Shown here: piece by piece, positions 19,342 through 29,461 of the stretch
Numbering within the stretch: the first letter of the stretch is position 1
How the letters are laid out: every line of letters begins with the position of its first letter
DNA from: a virus
IMG/VR virus record: IMGVR_UViG_3300042446_001683
Strand: one strand, 5' to 3'
Length of the DNA: 64,000 nt
Notes under the pieces: model-generated
Told to the model about the DNA's origin: nothing
The model's database searches: none
What the model saw: the letters and a program-made list of their open reading frames with translations, nothing else
Program-made: the position numbers and the translations under genes

Positions 19342-19581
19342 ATGAATAAAGAATTTCTTAAAATGCAAAAATTGGCTGGTTTAATTACTGAAAACCAGTA
19401 TGACGAAGATGAATATCCTAGACTTGATCAAGAAACATACATGGAGTTTTTAAATGCATGTTTTGAGTGTTTCGATAATGGTGCTAATGCTTATGATGAT
19501 AGCACTTGGACTGATGATGAAAGAGACTTAGCACAAAATCTTGCTAATGTTATAGGAAGAGCTGGGATTGATATTTCTTAA
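19342..19581 (+). CDS. Acidic protein with MNKEFLKMQKLAGLITE leader (putative virion internal protein)
   Basis: Start re-assigned to 19342; leader ends in LITE. Confidence 0.55.
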   Translation: MNKEFLKMQKLAGLITENQYDEDEYPRLDQETYMEFLNACFECFDNGANAYDDSTWTDDERDLAQNLANVIGRAGIDIS

Positions 19582-19583
19582 TT

Positions 19584-19898
19584 ATGAAAGTATCTGAATT
19601 AAAACAAATCATCAAAGAGGAAATCGTTAAAGCATTAGCTGAAAACGAAATTAAGCCAACCCATAGATCTAATGTAGATTGGTACTATGTTGAAGAATAT
19701 AGTGACTACCCTGGACCTAAAGGTAGAACAGTCCCTAACGCTAGGGAGTATGATGATCCTACTGGATATGATGGAACTGAACTCTATGTACCTGAAGGAA
19801 CTGTAGGATATATCAAAGATGGTAAATTTATAGTAGCCTCAGGAAAAAGAGAAGGTAATGATGTTGAATACAAAGCTGAATACTTTGATAAAATATAA
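19584..19898 (+). CDS. MKVSELKQIIKEEI-leader protein 4
   Basis: Leader homologous to 4734/5412/5764; ends in ALAE. Confidence 0.6.
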   Translation: MKVSELKQIIKEEIVKALAENEIKPTHRSNVDWYYVEEYSDYPGPKGRTVPNAREYDDPTGYDGTELYVPEGTVGYIKDGKFIVASGKREGNDVEYKAEYFDKI

Positions 19899-19927
19899 AT
19901 AGTCTTTAAAAACATATTATATTAAAA

Positions 19928-19959
19928 TTTGGCCTTCGGGCCATTTTTTATTATATTTG
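19928..19959 (+). promoter_or_regulatory. Bacteroidota-type promoter with embedded UUCG hairpin
   Basis: tttggccttcgggccattttttattatatttg; perfect TAnnTTTG. Confidence 0.75.
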
Positions 19960-19964
19960 GTTAT

Positions 19965-20906
19965 ATGAAAGAAAATAGTTTATTTGTAGAAAAATATAGA
20001 TCTAAAACATTAGAAGACTATATTGGTAATGAGCAACTAAAATCTATTGTTGCCCAATATATTAAGAAAAATGATTTACAAAACTTACTATTGTATGGTA
20101 CACCTGGAACAGGCAAAACAACATTAGCTAAATTAATTGTAAATAACTTTGATTGTGATTTCCTCTATATTAATGCTTCAGATGAAAGAGGTATTGATAC
20201 AATTAGAGATAAAGTTCAAGGTTTTGCTTCAAGTGCTTCATTTAAACCAATTAAAATTATTATCTTAGATGAAGCTGATTTCTTAACTATACAAGCACAA
20301 GCATCACTTCGCAACATTATTGAGACATATTCTCGTACTACTAGATTTATTTTAACATGTAATTATCTTGAACGTATTATTGACCCACTTCAATCACGTT
20401 GTCAAGTATTAAAAATTACACCTCCATCTAAAAAAGAAGTAGCAAAACATATTGCTGGTATTTTAGATAAAGAAGACATCCATTACACATTAGATGATCT
20501 AGCCCTAGTAGTTAATAAACATTACCCAGATGTTAGAAAAATACTTAATACTTGTCAAGTAAATACTGTTGATGGGGGTGCTAATGACTTATATCTTAAA
20601 ATAGATAAAACAATATTATCATCAAACAGTTATAAAGATGGAGTATTAAAGGAACTTAAATCACCAACTAAATCTAGTTTTAAAAACATCAGACAAATAC
20701 TTGCTGATAGTAATTTGGATGATTTTGAAGAGATTTATAGATTCCTATATGATAGTTTAGATGAGTATGGTAATAATGATCTATCAAAAGCAATGATTGT
20801 TATTGAAATAGAAAATTATATGTACCATGCTAACTTCAGAATTGATAAAGAAATTAATGTAATGGCTTTATTAGCCTCAATTTTAAAAATAATAAATAAT
20901 AAATAA
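19965..20906 (+). CDS. Clamp loader AAA+ subunit (gp44/RFC-like)
   Basis: VEKYR, GTPGTGKTT, NASDERG, DEAD, SRC motif. Confidence 0.93.
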   Translation: MKENSLFVEKYRSKTLEDYIGNEQLKSIVAQYIKKNDLQNLLLYGTPGTGKTTLAKLIVNNFDCDFLYINASDERGIDTIRDKVQGFASSASFKPIKIIILDEADFLTIQAQASLRNIIETYSRTTRFILTCNYLERIIDPLQSRCQVLKITPPSKKEVAKHIAGILDKEDIHYTLDDLALVVNKHYPDVRKILNTCQVNTVDGGANDLYLKIDKTILSSNSYKDGVLKELKSPTKSSFKNIRQILADSNLDDFEEIYRFLYDSLDEYGNNDLSKAMIVIEIENYMYHANFRIDKEINVMALLASILKIINNK

Positions 20907-20910
20907 AGTT

Positions 20911-21153
20911 ATGAGTGAATCAAAACAACCACTTAATGTCAATGTAGACTTTAAGCAAACACAACCAATTACTTCACCTGATGGGAATCATGTATTTGCT
21001 GAAGGAGTAATTTTACGTAAGGTATCTAAATTTCTAACAGGTACTTCTGAGGATAGTATTATGCCTATTCCATGTTTCTATGATGTAGTGACAGGAAAAA
21101 TATTAGTAGAACTGTTACCTAAAGAAGTTAGAGAAGAGTATGACAATATTTGA
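20911..21153 (+). CDS. Hypothetical protein
   Basis: ORF in the clamp-loader operon. Confidence 0.7.
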   Translation: MSESKQPLNVNVDFKQTQPITSPDGNHVFAEGVILRKVSKFLTGTSEDSIMPIPCFYDVVTGKILVELLPKEVREEYDNI

Positions 21154-21556
21154 TTGGTTAAAGGAAATTACCTATAATAAATCAAAATGGGAATCATTTA
21201 CTGAGGAAGACAAAGAGTCATTTAATTGCTACATGATTCATCGTTTCCTCAGTATGAATCCTGAGTATATAGAGTTCGTGAATTTAGTGCAGACTTTTCC
21301 ATATTCTGATAAGGAGAAAACATATAATATATATTTATATATGATACCTAAAAATAATATGTTCCTTAAATACATTAAATCTTCTAAAAAGAAAAAGCAA
21401 GAATCATTGCTTAAACATATTGCTAACTATTTTGAATGCTCATTTGGTGAAGCAGAAGAATATATTGATATATTAAGAGACTCAGGTGTGAAAAGTATAC
21501 TTACTAAATTAGGTATTGAAGAGAAAGAACAAAAAAAGTTATTAAAAAATGGATAG
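21140..21556 (+). CDS. Clamp loader small subunit (gp62-like)
   Basis: FDWL, YMIHRFLSM, YFECS..EAEEY; position next to the gp44-like gene. Confidence 0.7.
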   Translation: MTIFDWLKEITYNKSKWESFTEEDKESFNCYMIHRFLSMNPEYIEFVNLVQTFPYSDKEKTYNIYLYMIPKNNMFLKYIKSSKKKKQESLLKHIANYFECSFGEAEEYIDILRDSGVKSILTKLGIEEKEQKKLLKNG

Positions 21557-21743
21557 TATAGTTACATCAATAATTAAGCAATTCAAAGAACGAAGTACAG
21601 CAGGTAAAACAAAGTATGGTACTGATTTAGACAGAACAGATCTATCTCTATTAGAGTGGGTTGAACATGCTAAACAAGAACATATGGATGCTATCCTATA
21701 CCTTGAAAAACTAAAACAACAGTTTATTCAAGAAAACAAATAA
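21549..21743 (+). CDS. Small helical protein (possible MazG-like hairpin)
   Basis: G..KYG...W..HA..E.MD..LY pattern. Confidence 0.5.
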   Translation: MDSIVTSIIKQFKERSTAGKTKYGTDLDRTDLSLLEWVEHAKQEHMDAILYLEKLKQQFIQENK

Positions 21744-21751
21744 ATCAAATT

Positions 21752-22687
21752 TTGAGTACTAAAATACCATCGATAGTCAAAACTATCAGGAGCTATACTC
21801 CTCAAGAGATAAATTATGCTTACCATAAGACTATCTCTTATAGCCAGTTTTCTATTTATAAAGAATGTCCTCACAAATGGGAATTACAATATAAAGACGG
21901 ATTACAGGAGTATAAACCTACAATTCATACTGTATTTGGGACTGCAATGCATGAAGTACTTCAAAGTCACTTAACAGTGATGTTTGAAGAAAGCGCAGCC
22001 GCAGCTGATAGGGTTGATATCGAGGAACAGTTTGAGGAAACATTTCGTAAAGTATACTTAGATGAGTATAAGAAAAATAAAAGTACTCATTTTAGTGGCG
22101 CTACCGAAATGAGAGAGTTCTATGAAGACGGACTAAACATACTTAGCCAGTTTAAAAAGAAACGAGGACAATATTTTAGTAAAAAAGGATGGCACTTAGT
22201 TAAGGTTGAGTTACCAATTGTAATGACGCCTAATAACGCGTTTAAAAACGTATTATTCAAAGGCTTTATCGACTTGGTATTATATCACGAGCCCACTAAT
22301 ACATTTAAGATAATCGACTTTAAGACGTCTACTCGAGGATGGAATGATGAAACTAAGAAAGATGAAGGTAAACAATTCCAATTGATACTTTATAAGTATT
22401 TCTTTAGTAAACAATTCAGTATTCCTGAAGATCAAATTGAAGTTGATTTTCTTATACTAAAGAGAAAGATATGGGAGGAAAGTGAATTTCCTCAAAGTCG
22501 TCTTCAAGAATATACTCCTCCAAGTGGTAAAATTAAAATAAAGAAAGCTGTGACAGCAATTAATAACTTTCTTGAACAATGTTTTAACACTGATGGCTCA
22601 TATAAGGACACTACTCACCCAATTACTGTGAATAAGAATTGTCAATGGTGCCCTTATAATGACAAAAAAGATTTATGTAATAAGTAA
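21752..22687 (+). CDS. PD-(D/E)xK nuclease (RecB/AddB/Cas4-like, four Cys)
   Basis: ECP, GFIDLV, IIDFKT, QLILY, CQWCPY...C; TTG start. Confidence 0.85.
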   Translation: MSTKIPSIVKTIRSYTPQEINYAYHKTISYSQFSIYKECPHKWELQYKDGLQEYKPTIHTVFGTAMHEVLQSHLTVMFEESAAAADRVDIEEQFEETFRKVYLDEYKKNKSTHFSGATEMREFYEDGLNILSQFKKKRGQYFSKKGWHLVKVELPIVMTPNNAFKNVLFKGFIDLVLYHEPTNTFKIIDFKTSTRGWNDETKKDEGKQFQLILYKYFFSKQFSIPEDQIEVDFLILKRKIWEESEFPQSRLQEYTPPSGKIKIKKAVTAINNFLEQCFNTDGSYKDTTHPITVNKNCQWCPYNDKKDLCNK

Positions 22688-22705
22688 CTTTTATTAATTT
22701 TATAT

Positions 22706-22714
22706 ATATTTATA
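22706..22714 (+). promoter_or_regulatory. Putative late promoter ATATTTATA upstream of the glycosyltransferase island
   Basis: Intergenic motif. Confidence 0.45.
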
Positions 22715-22728
22715 TACAAATAAAAGCT

Positions 22729-22914
22729 ATGAGTAAAAAAGAAATGACACTAACAAGTGTCAAAGTACAAAGCGAGTTATTTGAAGATTTTAAAATGAGT
22801 TGTGTAAAACATAAGTTTTCTTTACAAAAGCTTGTAGATCGCACAGTCCATTTATATCTTACAGATGAAGAATTTCGCAAGAATATCCACAATCACAACA
22901 ATTTAAACCGATAA
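22729..22914 (+). CDS. Small protein, possible ribbon-helix-helix regulator
   Basis: LTSVKV strand followed by two helices. Confidence 0.5.
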   Translation: MSKKEMTLTSVKVQSELFEDFKMSCVKHKFSLQKLVDRTVHLYLTDEEFRKNIHNHNNLNR

Positions 22915-22921
22915 AAGTTAT

Positions 22922-24358
22922 ATGAATTCAAGTTTTGCTTATCTTCCCCAGAATGAGAGGAAGAAAATCTTACTAATCTGTGACGATATTAGAGTACACT
23001 CAGGTGTAGCTACAGTCGCTCGAGAATTAGTGTTAAACACAGCCCAACATTTTAATTGGGTAAACATAGGAGGAGCTATACAGCACCCAGAACAAGGTAA
23101 ACGATTAGATCTATCTGAAGATACTAACGCTAACACTGGGTTAAATGACTCCTCAATTATACTTTATCCAAGTAATGGATATGGGGATGCTAATTTAATT
23201 AGACAACTGATTAAAATAGAAAATCCAGATGCTATTTTCTTAATTACTGATCCAAGATATTTTATTTGGTTATTCCAAATTGAGAATGAGATTAGAAAGA
23301 AAATGCCTATTATCTATCTTAACATTTGGGATGATTATCCAGCTCCAATGTATAATAAAGGATATTATGAGTCATGTGATGCTTTATTAGCTATATCAAA
23401 ACAAACTAAAAATATTAATGAATTAGTATTAGGTGATAAGGCTAAAAATAAAATCATTGAATATGTTCCTCATGGATTAAATGAAGAGGTATTTAAACCA
23501 CTTGATAAAAAAGATAAAGAATTAATTGAATTTAAAAAACAATTGTTTGGAGGTAAAGAATTTGATTTTGTTATGTTCTTTAATTCTAGAAATATTAGAC
23601 GTAAACAAATTCCTGATACATTATTTGCTTATAAAATCTTTATTGATTCATTAACTGATGAGCAAGCAAGAAAATGTGCTTTTGTATTACATACTCAAGT
23701 AGTAGATGATAATGGTACTGATTTAGAAGCAGTAAGAGAAATGTTATTTGGAAATGATTCTAAATACAATATTATATTCTCTAACCAAGTGTTAGATCCT
23801 AGAGGAATGAATTTATTATATAATTGCTCTGATGTTCAAGTCTTATTAACTAATAATGAAGGATGGGGATTAAGTTTAACTGAAGCAATTTTAGCAGGTA
23901 ATCCAATTATTGCAAATGTAACTGGTGGGATGCAAGACCAAATGCGTTTTAGTAAGAAAGGTAAGTGGATTGATTTTAGTGCTGATTTTCCTTCAAACCA
24001 TAATGGTACTATTAAAGAACATGGCGAATGGGCGTTCCCAGTATACCCAACTAATAGATCAATTCAAGGTTCTCCATTAACACCTTACATTTGGGATGAC
24101 AGATGCAATGCTGAAGATGCAGCAGAACAAATTAAAGCTGTTTATAATCTATCTAAAGAAGAAAGACAATCATTAGGATTAAAAGGTCGTGAATGGGCTT
24201 TATCAGATGAAGCAGGATTTACAGGAGAAAAAATGGGTCAAAATGTTATTAAAACATTAGACAAATTATTTAAAACTTGGAAACCAAGAGAAAAATATGA
24301 GTTAGTAAATGCAAATGAAACTCAACCAAAAATAGTACCACATAAATTAGTTTATTAA
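22922..24358 (+). CDS. Glycosyltransferase, GT-B fold (GT4-like)
   Basis: SG.A, VPHG, RNIRRK, EGWGLSLTEA. Confidence 0.88.
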   Translation: MNSSFAYLPQNERKKILLICDDIRVHSGVATVARELVLNTAQHFNWVNIGGAIQHPEQGKRLDLSEDTNANTGLNDSSIILYPSNGYGDANLIRQLIKIENPDAIFLITDPRYFIWLFQIENEIRKKMPIIYLNIWDDYPAPMYNKGYYESCDALLAISKQTKNINELVLGDKAKNKIIEYVPHGLNEEVFKPLDKKDKELIEFKKQLFGGKEFDFVMFFNSRNIRRKQIPDTLFAYKIFIDSLTDEQARKCAFVLHTQVVDDNGTDLEAVREMLFGNDSKYNIIFSNQVLDPRGMNLLYNCSDVQVLLTNNEGWGLSLTEAILAGNPIIANVTGGMQDQMRFSKKGKWIDFSADFPSNHNGTIKEHGEWAFPVYPTNRSIQGSPLTPYIWDDRCNAEDAAEQIKAVYNLSKEERQSLGLKGREWALSDEAGFTGEKMGQNVIKTLDKLFKTWKPREKYELVNANETQPKIVPHKLVY

Positions 24359-24369
24359 TAAAAAGTTAT

Positions 24370-25677
24370 ATGAGCAAACCGTTATTTTTTATATCATGTC
24401 CTATTGATACTTACTCAGGATATGGAGCACGTTCTCGTGATTTAGTTAAAGCAATTATTGAGTTAGATAAATACAATGTAAAAATTCTTCCTCAAATGTG
24501 GGGGAATACACCTTGGAACTTTATCAATGATAATCCAGAATGGGGATTTTTAAATAATTACATTTACAACCAACCTCAACTACCTAAACAACCAGAAATT
24601 TGGATGCAAATTACTATACCAAGTGAATTTCAACCAATAGGAAAATATAACATTGGGGTAACAGCTGGGATTGAAACAACATTATCACCTGGTGATTGGA
24701 TTGAAGGTATTAATAGAATGAATTTAGTATTAACTTCATCTGAACATTCAAAGAAAACATTTATTGATACTGTTTTACAAAAAGTAGATCAACGTTCAAA
24801 TCAAGTTATTGGGGAAGCTAAAGTTGAAAAACCACTTGAAGTATTATTTGAAGGAGCAGATGTTAATGTTTATAAACCACTTGATAAAGTAGATTCATTT
24901 CCTGAGTTAAACAATATTAAAGAAAAGTTTGCTTTTCTATTTGTTGGACATTGGATTAATGGTGATTTAGGAGAAGATAGAAAAAATGTTGGATTATTAG
25001 TTAAAATGTTTTATGAACTATTTAAAAACAAAAAAGACAAACCAGCGTTAATTTTAAAAACATCTCAATTTGGCTCATCATACTTAGATAGAGATGAAAT
25101 TTTAAGAAAAATTAATTTTATTAAATCATCAATTAACAGTAAAGATTTACCTAATGTTTACTTACTACATGGTGAATTTAGTGATAATGAAATGAATGAG
25201 TTATACAATCATGATAAAGTTAAAGCAATGATTAACTTAACTAGAGGTGAAGGATTTGGACGCCCATTACTTGAATTTAGTTTAACTAAAAAACCAATTG
25301 TGACAACTAATTGGAGTGGACATACAGATTTCTTACATCCTGAATTTACAACATTATTACCTGGTAAATTAACAGATGTGCACCCAAGTGCTGCAAATCA
25401 ATGGTTACTAAAAGAATCACAATGGTTTTCAGCAGATCTAGGTCATGCTGGGACAGTTGTTAAAGATATATTTGAAGATTATAAAAAGTATATTGATGGA
25501 GGTAAACGTCAAGCTCATAAAAGTAAAACTGAGTTTAGTTGGGAAAAAATGAAGAGTAAAGTAGATGAATTATTTACTAAATACATTCCTGAGTTCCCAA
25601 AACAAGTAGAATTAAAATTACCTACTTTAAAGAAAATTGAATTACCTAAATTACAAAAAGAAGAAACAAATGGATAA
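24370..25677 (+). CDS. Glycosyltransferase, GT-B fold (GT4-like)
   Basis: SGYG, DRKN, GEGFGRPLLE, WSGH. Confidence 0.88.
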   Translation: MSKPLFFISCPIDTYSGYGARSRDLVKAIIELDKYNVKILPQMWGNTPWNFINDNPEWGFLNNYIYNQPQLPKQPEIWMQITIPSEFQPIGKYNIGVTAGIETTLSPGDWIEGINRMNLVLTSSEHSKKTFIDTVLQKVDQRSNQVIGEAKVEKPLEVLFEGADVNVYKPLDKVDSFPELNNIKEKFAFLFVGHWINGDLGEDRKNVGLLVKMFYELFKNKKDKPALILKTSQFGSSYLDRDEILRKINFIKSSINSKDLPNVYLLHGEFSDNEMNELYNHDKVKAMINLTRGEGFGRPLLEFSLTKKPIVTTNWSGHTDFLHPEFTTLLPGKLTDVHPSAANQWLLKESQWFSADLGHAGTVVKDIFEDYKKYIDGGKRQAHKSKTEFSWEKMKSKVDELFTKYIPEFPKQVELKLPTLKKIELPKLQKEETNG

Positions 25678-26128
25678 AATTATTAATTGTCCTAAATCAG
25701 GAGGTGACTTGTGTTATGAAACACAGGTCACACCTGAAATAACAAATTGGATGTCATTATCATGTGGGTTCTGGACTAACTCACTTATGACTGAGGGAAG
25801 TGAATTTTACATTGAACAGTTTGAAGTACTTCCTGAGTTATATAAAGCATTAGCTTGGATTGATCCTGAGACTAAATTAACATGGTTGCCACAAACAATT
25901 AATGAACCTAAACAAGGTATGGTGTTTGCTAACGGATCAGAACCAGATAATTGGATGTGGGCAGCTGTAAAAGCAGTCCCAGTAATTGAAGAAGAAAAAC
26001 ATAAATTCCCAATTCCAAAACAACCAGGTAAGTTTTATGAATATAGAATGGACATGGAAACACTCCAACATTTTAATGAAAGAGATTTTATAGAAGCTTT
26101 AGATTATATTGGCTTATTAACAAAATAA
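25670..26128 (+). CDS. Hypothetical protein
   Basis: Start re-assigned to MDKIINCPKSG. Confidence 0.7.
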   Translation: MDKIINCPKSGGDLCYETQVTPEITNWMSLSCGFWTNSLMTEGSEFYIEQFEVLPELYKALAWIDPETKLTWLPQTINEPKQGMVFANGSEPDNWMWAAVKAVPVIEEEKHKFPIPKQPGKFYEYRMDMETLQHFNERDFIEALDYIGLLTK

Positions 26129-26144
26129 TATTATATTAGGTTAT

Positions 26145-26780
26145 ATGAAAATTAGTTATGGTTTAACAGTTTGTAATGAGCATGAAGAATTATTAAATCT
26201 CATTACATATTTAAAAGATAGAATAGATTCTGAGGATGAGATAGTTGTTGTTTATGATCAAAACAGAGTTACTGATGAAGTACTAAATGTATTAGATCAA
26301 TATAAAAATGATATACACTCACACCCATTTAATTTCCAGCAAAACTTTTTAGAAAATAAAAACTTTATGAACAGTAAATGTTCTGGAGACTATATTTTTC
26401 AAATTGATGCTGACGAGATACCAGAAGAATTCTTAGTTCAAAATCTAAAAACAGTCTTAGAACTTAACCCAGTTGACTTACTTATCTCACCTCGTAAAAA
26501 TTTAGTTCCAGGTTTAACACCTGAACATATACAAAAATGGGGATGGATTGTAAATGAACAAGGATGGGTAAATTGGCCTGATTGTCAAAAACGTATCTAC
26601 AAAAATGATCCGTCTATTAAATGGACTGGACATCAAGTACATGGTATGGTTGAAGGATATAAAACTTATATTGAGTTACCACTTCAAGAAGAATGGAGCA
26701 TAATTCATAATAAGACTATTGATCGACAAGAAAAACAAAATGAACGTTACGCTAAAATAGATTTAGGACAATTAAAATAA
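26145..26780 (+). CDS. Glycosyltransferase family 2
   Basis: KISY..TVCNE, QIDADE (DxD), WPD.Q.R, VH; own promoter at 26108-26139. Confidence 0.85.
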   Translation: MKISYGLTVCNEHEELLNLITYLKDRIDSEDEIVVVYDQNRVTDEVLNVLDQYKNDIHSHPFNFQQNFLENKNFMNSKCSGDYIFQIDADEIPEEFLVQNLKTVLELNPVDLLISPRKNLVPGLTPEHIQKWGWIVNEQGWVNWPDCQKRIYKNDPSIKWTGHQVHGMVEGYKTYIELPLQEEWSIIHNKTIDRQEKQNERYAKIDLGQLK

Positions 26781-26786
26781 ATAAAA

Positions 26787-27197
26787 ATGGAAAGAAAGTA
26801 TTTACCAACATTAAGTGAATTGATTGATCGTCTATCAATTACACAGTTAAAAGAAGTATTCATTACAGATCATAAAGCAGAATATGCCGCTGAAATAGCT
26901 GATATAGTACATGATATTCAATTACATTTAGATGAATGTAAAGAGCCAATCACCGCTGAGACAATTCGTGCTATTGTAGTTTTATCACAAATGAATCTTC
27001 ATATCTGGCATAATGAATCAAATGTTAGAAGTGGGAAATCAGGACCAAATGCATTAGCTTTAACTCATGGGTTAAATGGTATTCGTAATACATCTAAAAA
27101 TCAAATTCAAGAAGTAATGGGTGGTCGTAAAGACTATAAAATTGATTGCTTAGCAGCTGATTTTAAAGATTGGGAAATATCATGGAAAACAAAGTAG
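26787..27197 (+). CDS. Hypothetical helical protein
   Basis: LIDRLSI..LK motif; located in the sugar island. Confidence 0.65.
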   Translation: MERKYLPTLSELIDRLSITQLKEVFITDHKAEYAAEIADIVHDIQLHLDECKEPITAETIRAIVVLSQMNLHIWHNESNVRSGKSGPNALALTHGLNGIRNTSKNQIQEVMGGRKDYKIDCLAADFKDWEISWKTK

Positions 27198-27412
27198 ACT
27201 ATCCAAATATGAAATCTACAGTTAATACTCAAGGAGAAGTAGTAACTCAGATTATACATTTTGTAGGTGGAATTAAAAGAACATACCATGGTATATTAAC
27301 ATCATCTATAAAACAAGGTCAATTTACTAAGTTTAAATGTATTGATGGAAGTATGGTTATGATAAATGATGAAAATGTTTTATGTATTGAAATTTTTACT
27401 GAAAAGTTATGA
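27182..27412 (+). CDS. Hypothetical protein
   Basis: Overlapping, coupled ORF. Confidence 0.65.
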   Translation: MENKVDYPNMKSTVNTQGEVVTQIIHFVGGIKRTYHGILTSSIKQGQFTKFKCIDGSMVMINDENVLCIEIFTEKL

Positions 27413-27912
27413 TAATAGGAAATGGAAGTGTAGCCAAAGTTCTTACAGATAAAGAAGATATTGTATTTTTTGCCTCAGGAGTTAGTAATAGTTCATGTTT
27501 AGATGAAAATGAATATACTCGTGAATTTAATTTACTTAAAACTGTCCCAACTGATCAACATATAGTATATTTTTCAAATTTAGGAATATATTATAAACAT
27601 GATAGATACACTCAACATAAACGTGAAGTTGAGGAGTATATTCGAAATACTTTTAAAAGTTATACTATTGCTAGGATAGAAGTATGTGAGTGGGTTAAAA
27701 CACCTCATACTATTTTAAATTATTTTAAAAAACAATTAAGTGAAGGAATAGAACCTGTAATTCAAGATACTACAAGGTATGTTTTAAGTTTAGAAGAATT
27801 TTTATATTGGGTGAATTTAATTCAACCTGGTGTAAGAAATGAAATGAACATATTAGGTAGAAAATTGACTATAGCTCAAATTGTTGAAGAAATAAAACAA
27901 GGTAAATTATGA
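27409..27912 (+). CDS. Short Rossmann/SDR-like protein
   Basis: IIGNG, FASGVSNS, YxxxK (YTQHK). Confidence 0.6.
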   Translation: MIIGNGSVAKVLTDKEDIVFFASGVSNSSCLDENEYTREFNLLKTVPTDQHIVYFSNLGIYYKHDRYTQHKREVEEYIRNTFKSYTIARIEVCEWVKTPHTILNYFKKQLSEGIEPVIQDTTRYVLSLEEFLYWVNLIQPGVRNEMNILGRKLTIAQIVEEIKQGKL

Positions 27913-28829
27913 TTCGAGTTAAAGTATTTTATTTAATAATGCCATGGCAAATAGATTATGCTTTATTATCATATACTCAATTTAAAAAATCAAAGTATTA
28001 CTTAAAAGACGATGTTGAAGTTACTATTGATACACATTTAAATCTTTCTAGTTATATAACAGATTGGGATAACAGTGAATTACCTAAAGAATTTTTTATT
28101 AAAAAGTATAATGATTTAGCTGTTCTTCTTAAAGACTATAAACATAATTCAATCATATATGATGGTGAAGAAAATTATGGTCTACTAGACATGCAAAAGA
28201 TAGCATACGGAGAAGAATTTGATTACTACATACCAGTATGTCCTGATATATACTTTAGTGAACATTTACTTTTTTCATTAATAGAATCAGCTAGATTAGC
28301 ACAAAATAAATATTTTGTTATAACTCCTGAGATACATAAAATGTGGGACAATACTTGGGATGAGATCACTAACAAAGAATATATGAATGTTCCTTATGAA
28401 AAATGGAATGATGTAGATATATTTGACATTAGGTATAATCTAAAATCAGCAAGTAGTGATATGTTTTTAGAGCCTACAGCGAGGAGTAAATGGGCTATTT
28501 GGTTTGACATCTATAACAAAGCATTCTATGAAGACTTATGCCCAGTACATGATGATTGGATAGGTTATGGACCTTGGGATTGGTACTCTAATTTACTTTC
28601 AGAGCATATTAAAGTTCTTGGAGTTGATTTTCAACAGTATGTTTTAAGAGGACAAACTATTTTTGAATATTCTGTTGGTGATTGGAAAGATAGAGACATT
28701 ACTAGTTCATATAAAGAATTTTTAAAAATAAAAGTAGGAGCTAAAGAACAAAGAGAAAAATTTGAAGCTAGAATGATGGAATACTTAAATAAAGGAGTTC
28801 AAATGATAAAAGAAAAAAATATTATATGA
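27909..28829 (+). CDS. Hypothetical, possible GT-A glycosyltransferase
   Basis: CPDIYF, GYGPWD; context. Confidence 0.45.
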   Translation: MIRVKVFYLIMPWQIDYALLSYTQFKKSKYYLKDDVEVTIDTHLNLSSYITDWDNSELPKEFFIKKYNDLAVLLKDYKHNSIIYDGEENYGLLDMQKIAYGEEFDYYIPVCPDIYFSEHLLFSLIESARLAQNKYFVITPEIHKMWDNTWDEITNKEYMNVPYEKWNDVDIFDIRYNLKSASSDMFLEPTARSKWAIWFDIYNKAFYEDLCPVHDDWIGYGPWDWYSNLLSEHIKVLGVDFQQYVLRGQTIFEYSVGDWKDRDITSSYKEFLKIKVGAKEQREKFEARMMEYLNKGVQMIKEKNII

Positions 28830-29461
28830 TAAAAGAAAAATACTCAGGAGAAATTATTGACAATTTAATAAATTTCTTTAAATTAAATGTAAAAGGAATA
28901 TTACATGTTGGAGCTCATAAATGTGAAGAATTAGATGTATATTTAAAATACACAGACTCTAATAGTATATATTGGATTGAAGCTATAGAATATTTAGTTA
29001 AACAAAATTTAGATAATATACCTAATCTAAACATTATAAATGAGGTGATAGGTGATAAAGATGGAGTAGAAGTTGAGTTTAAAATAACAAATAATACTTT
29101 AAGTTCATCAATTTTAGAATTAGGTGAACATAAAGATTTACATCCTAATGTTATTGTTACCGATGTATTAAAATTAAAAACTAAAACATTAGAAACTATT
29201 TTTAATGAAAATTCATTACATGGTAAATTTAACACATTAGTTTTAGATCTACAAGGAGCTGAAATATTAGCTTTAAAAGGATTAAAAGATATAATTAATG
29301 AGTTTGATATTATCTACACTGAAGTAAATGAGAAAGAAATATATAAAGAATGTTGTATTTTAGAAGATTTAGACTTATATTTAAATCAATACAATTTTGA
29401 AAGAAAATACTTAAACACATTAAATAACTATGGAAACGCTTTATACATCCGAAAACATTAA
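28826..29461 (+). CDS. FkbM-family methyltransferase
   Basis: LHVGAH, LDLQGAEILALKG, IYTEV. Confidence 0.85.
   Translation: MIKEKYSGEIIDNLINFFKLNVKGILHVGAHKCEELDVYLKYTDSNSIYWIEAIEYLVKQNLDNIPNLNIINEVIGDKDGVEVEFKITNNTLSSSILELGEHKDLHPNVIVTDVLKLKTKTLETIFNENSLHGKFNTLVLDLQGAEILALKGLKDIINEFDIIYTEVNEKEIYKECCILEDLDLYLNQYNFERKYLNTLNNYGNALYIRKH

Noticed and set aside
21752-22687. Cas4-like nuclease as evidence of a CRISPR system
   Set aside because: It is a stand-alone PD-(D/E)xK nuclease in a replication operon, which is common in phages.
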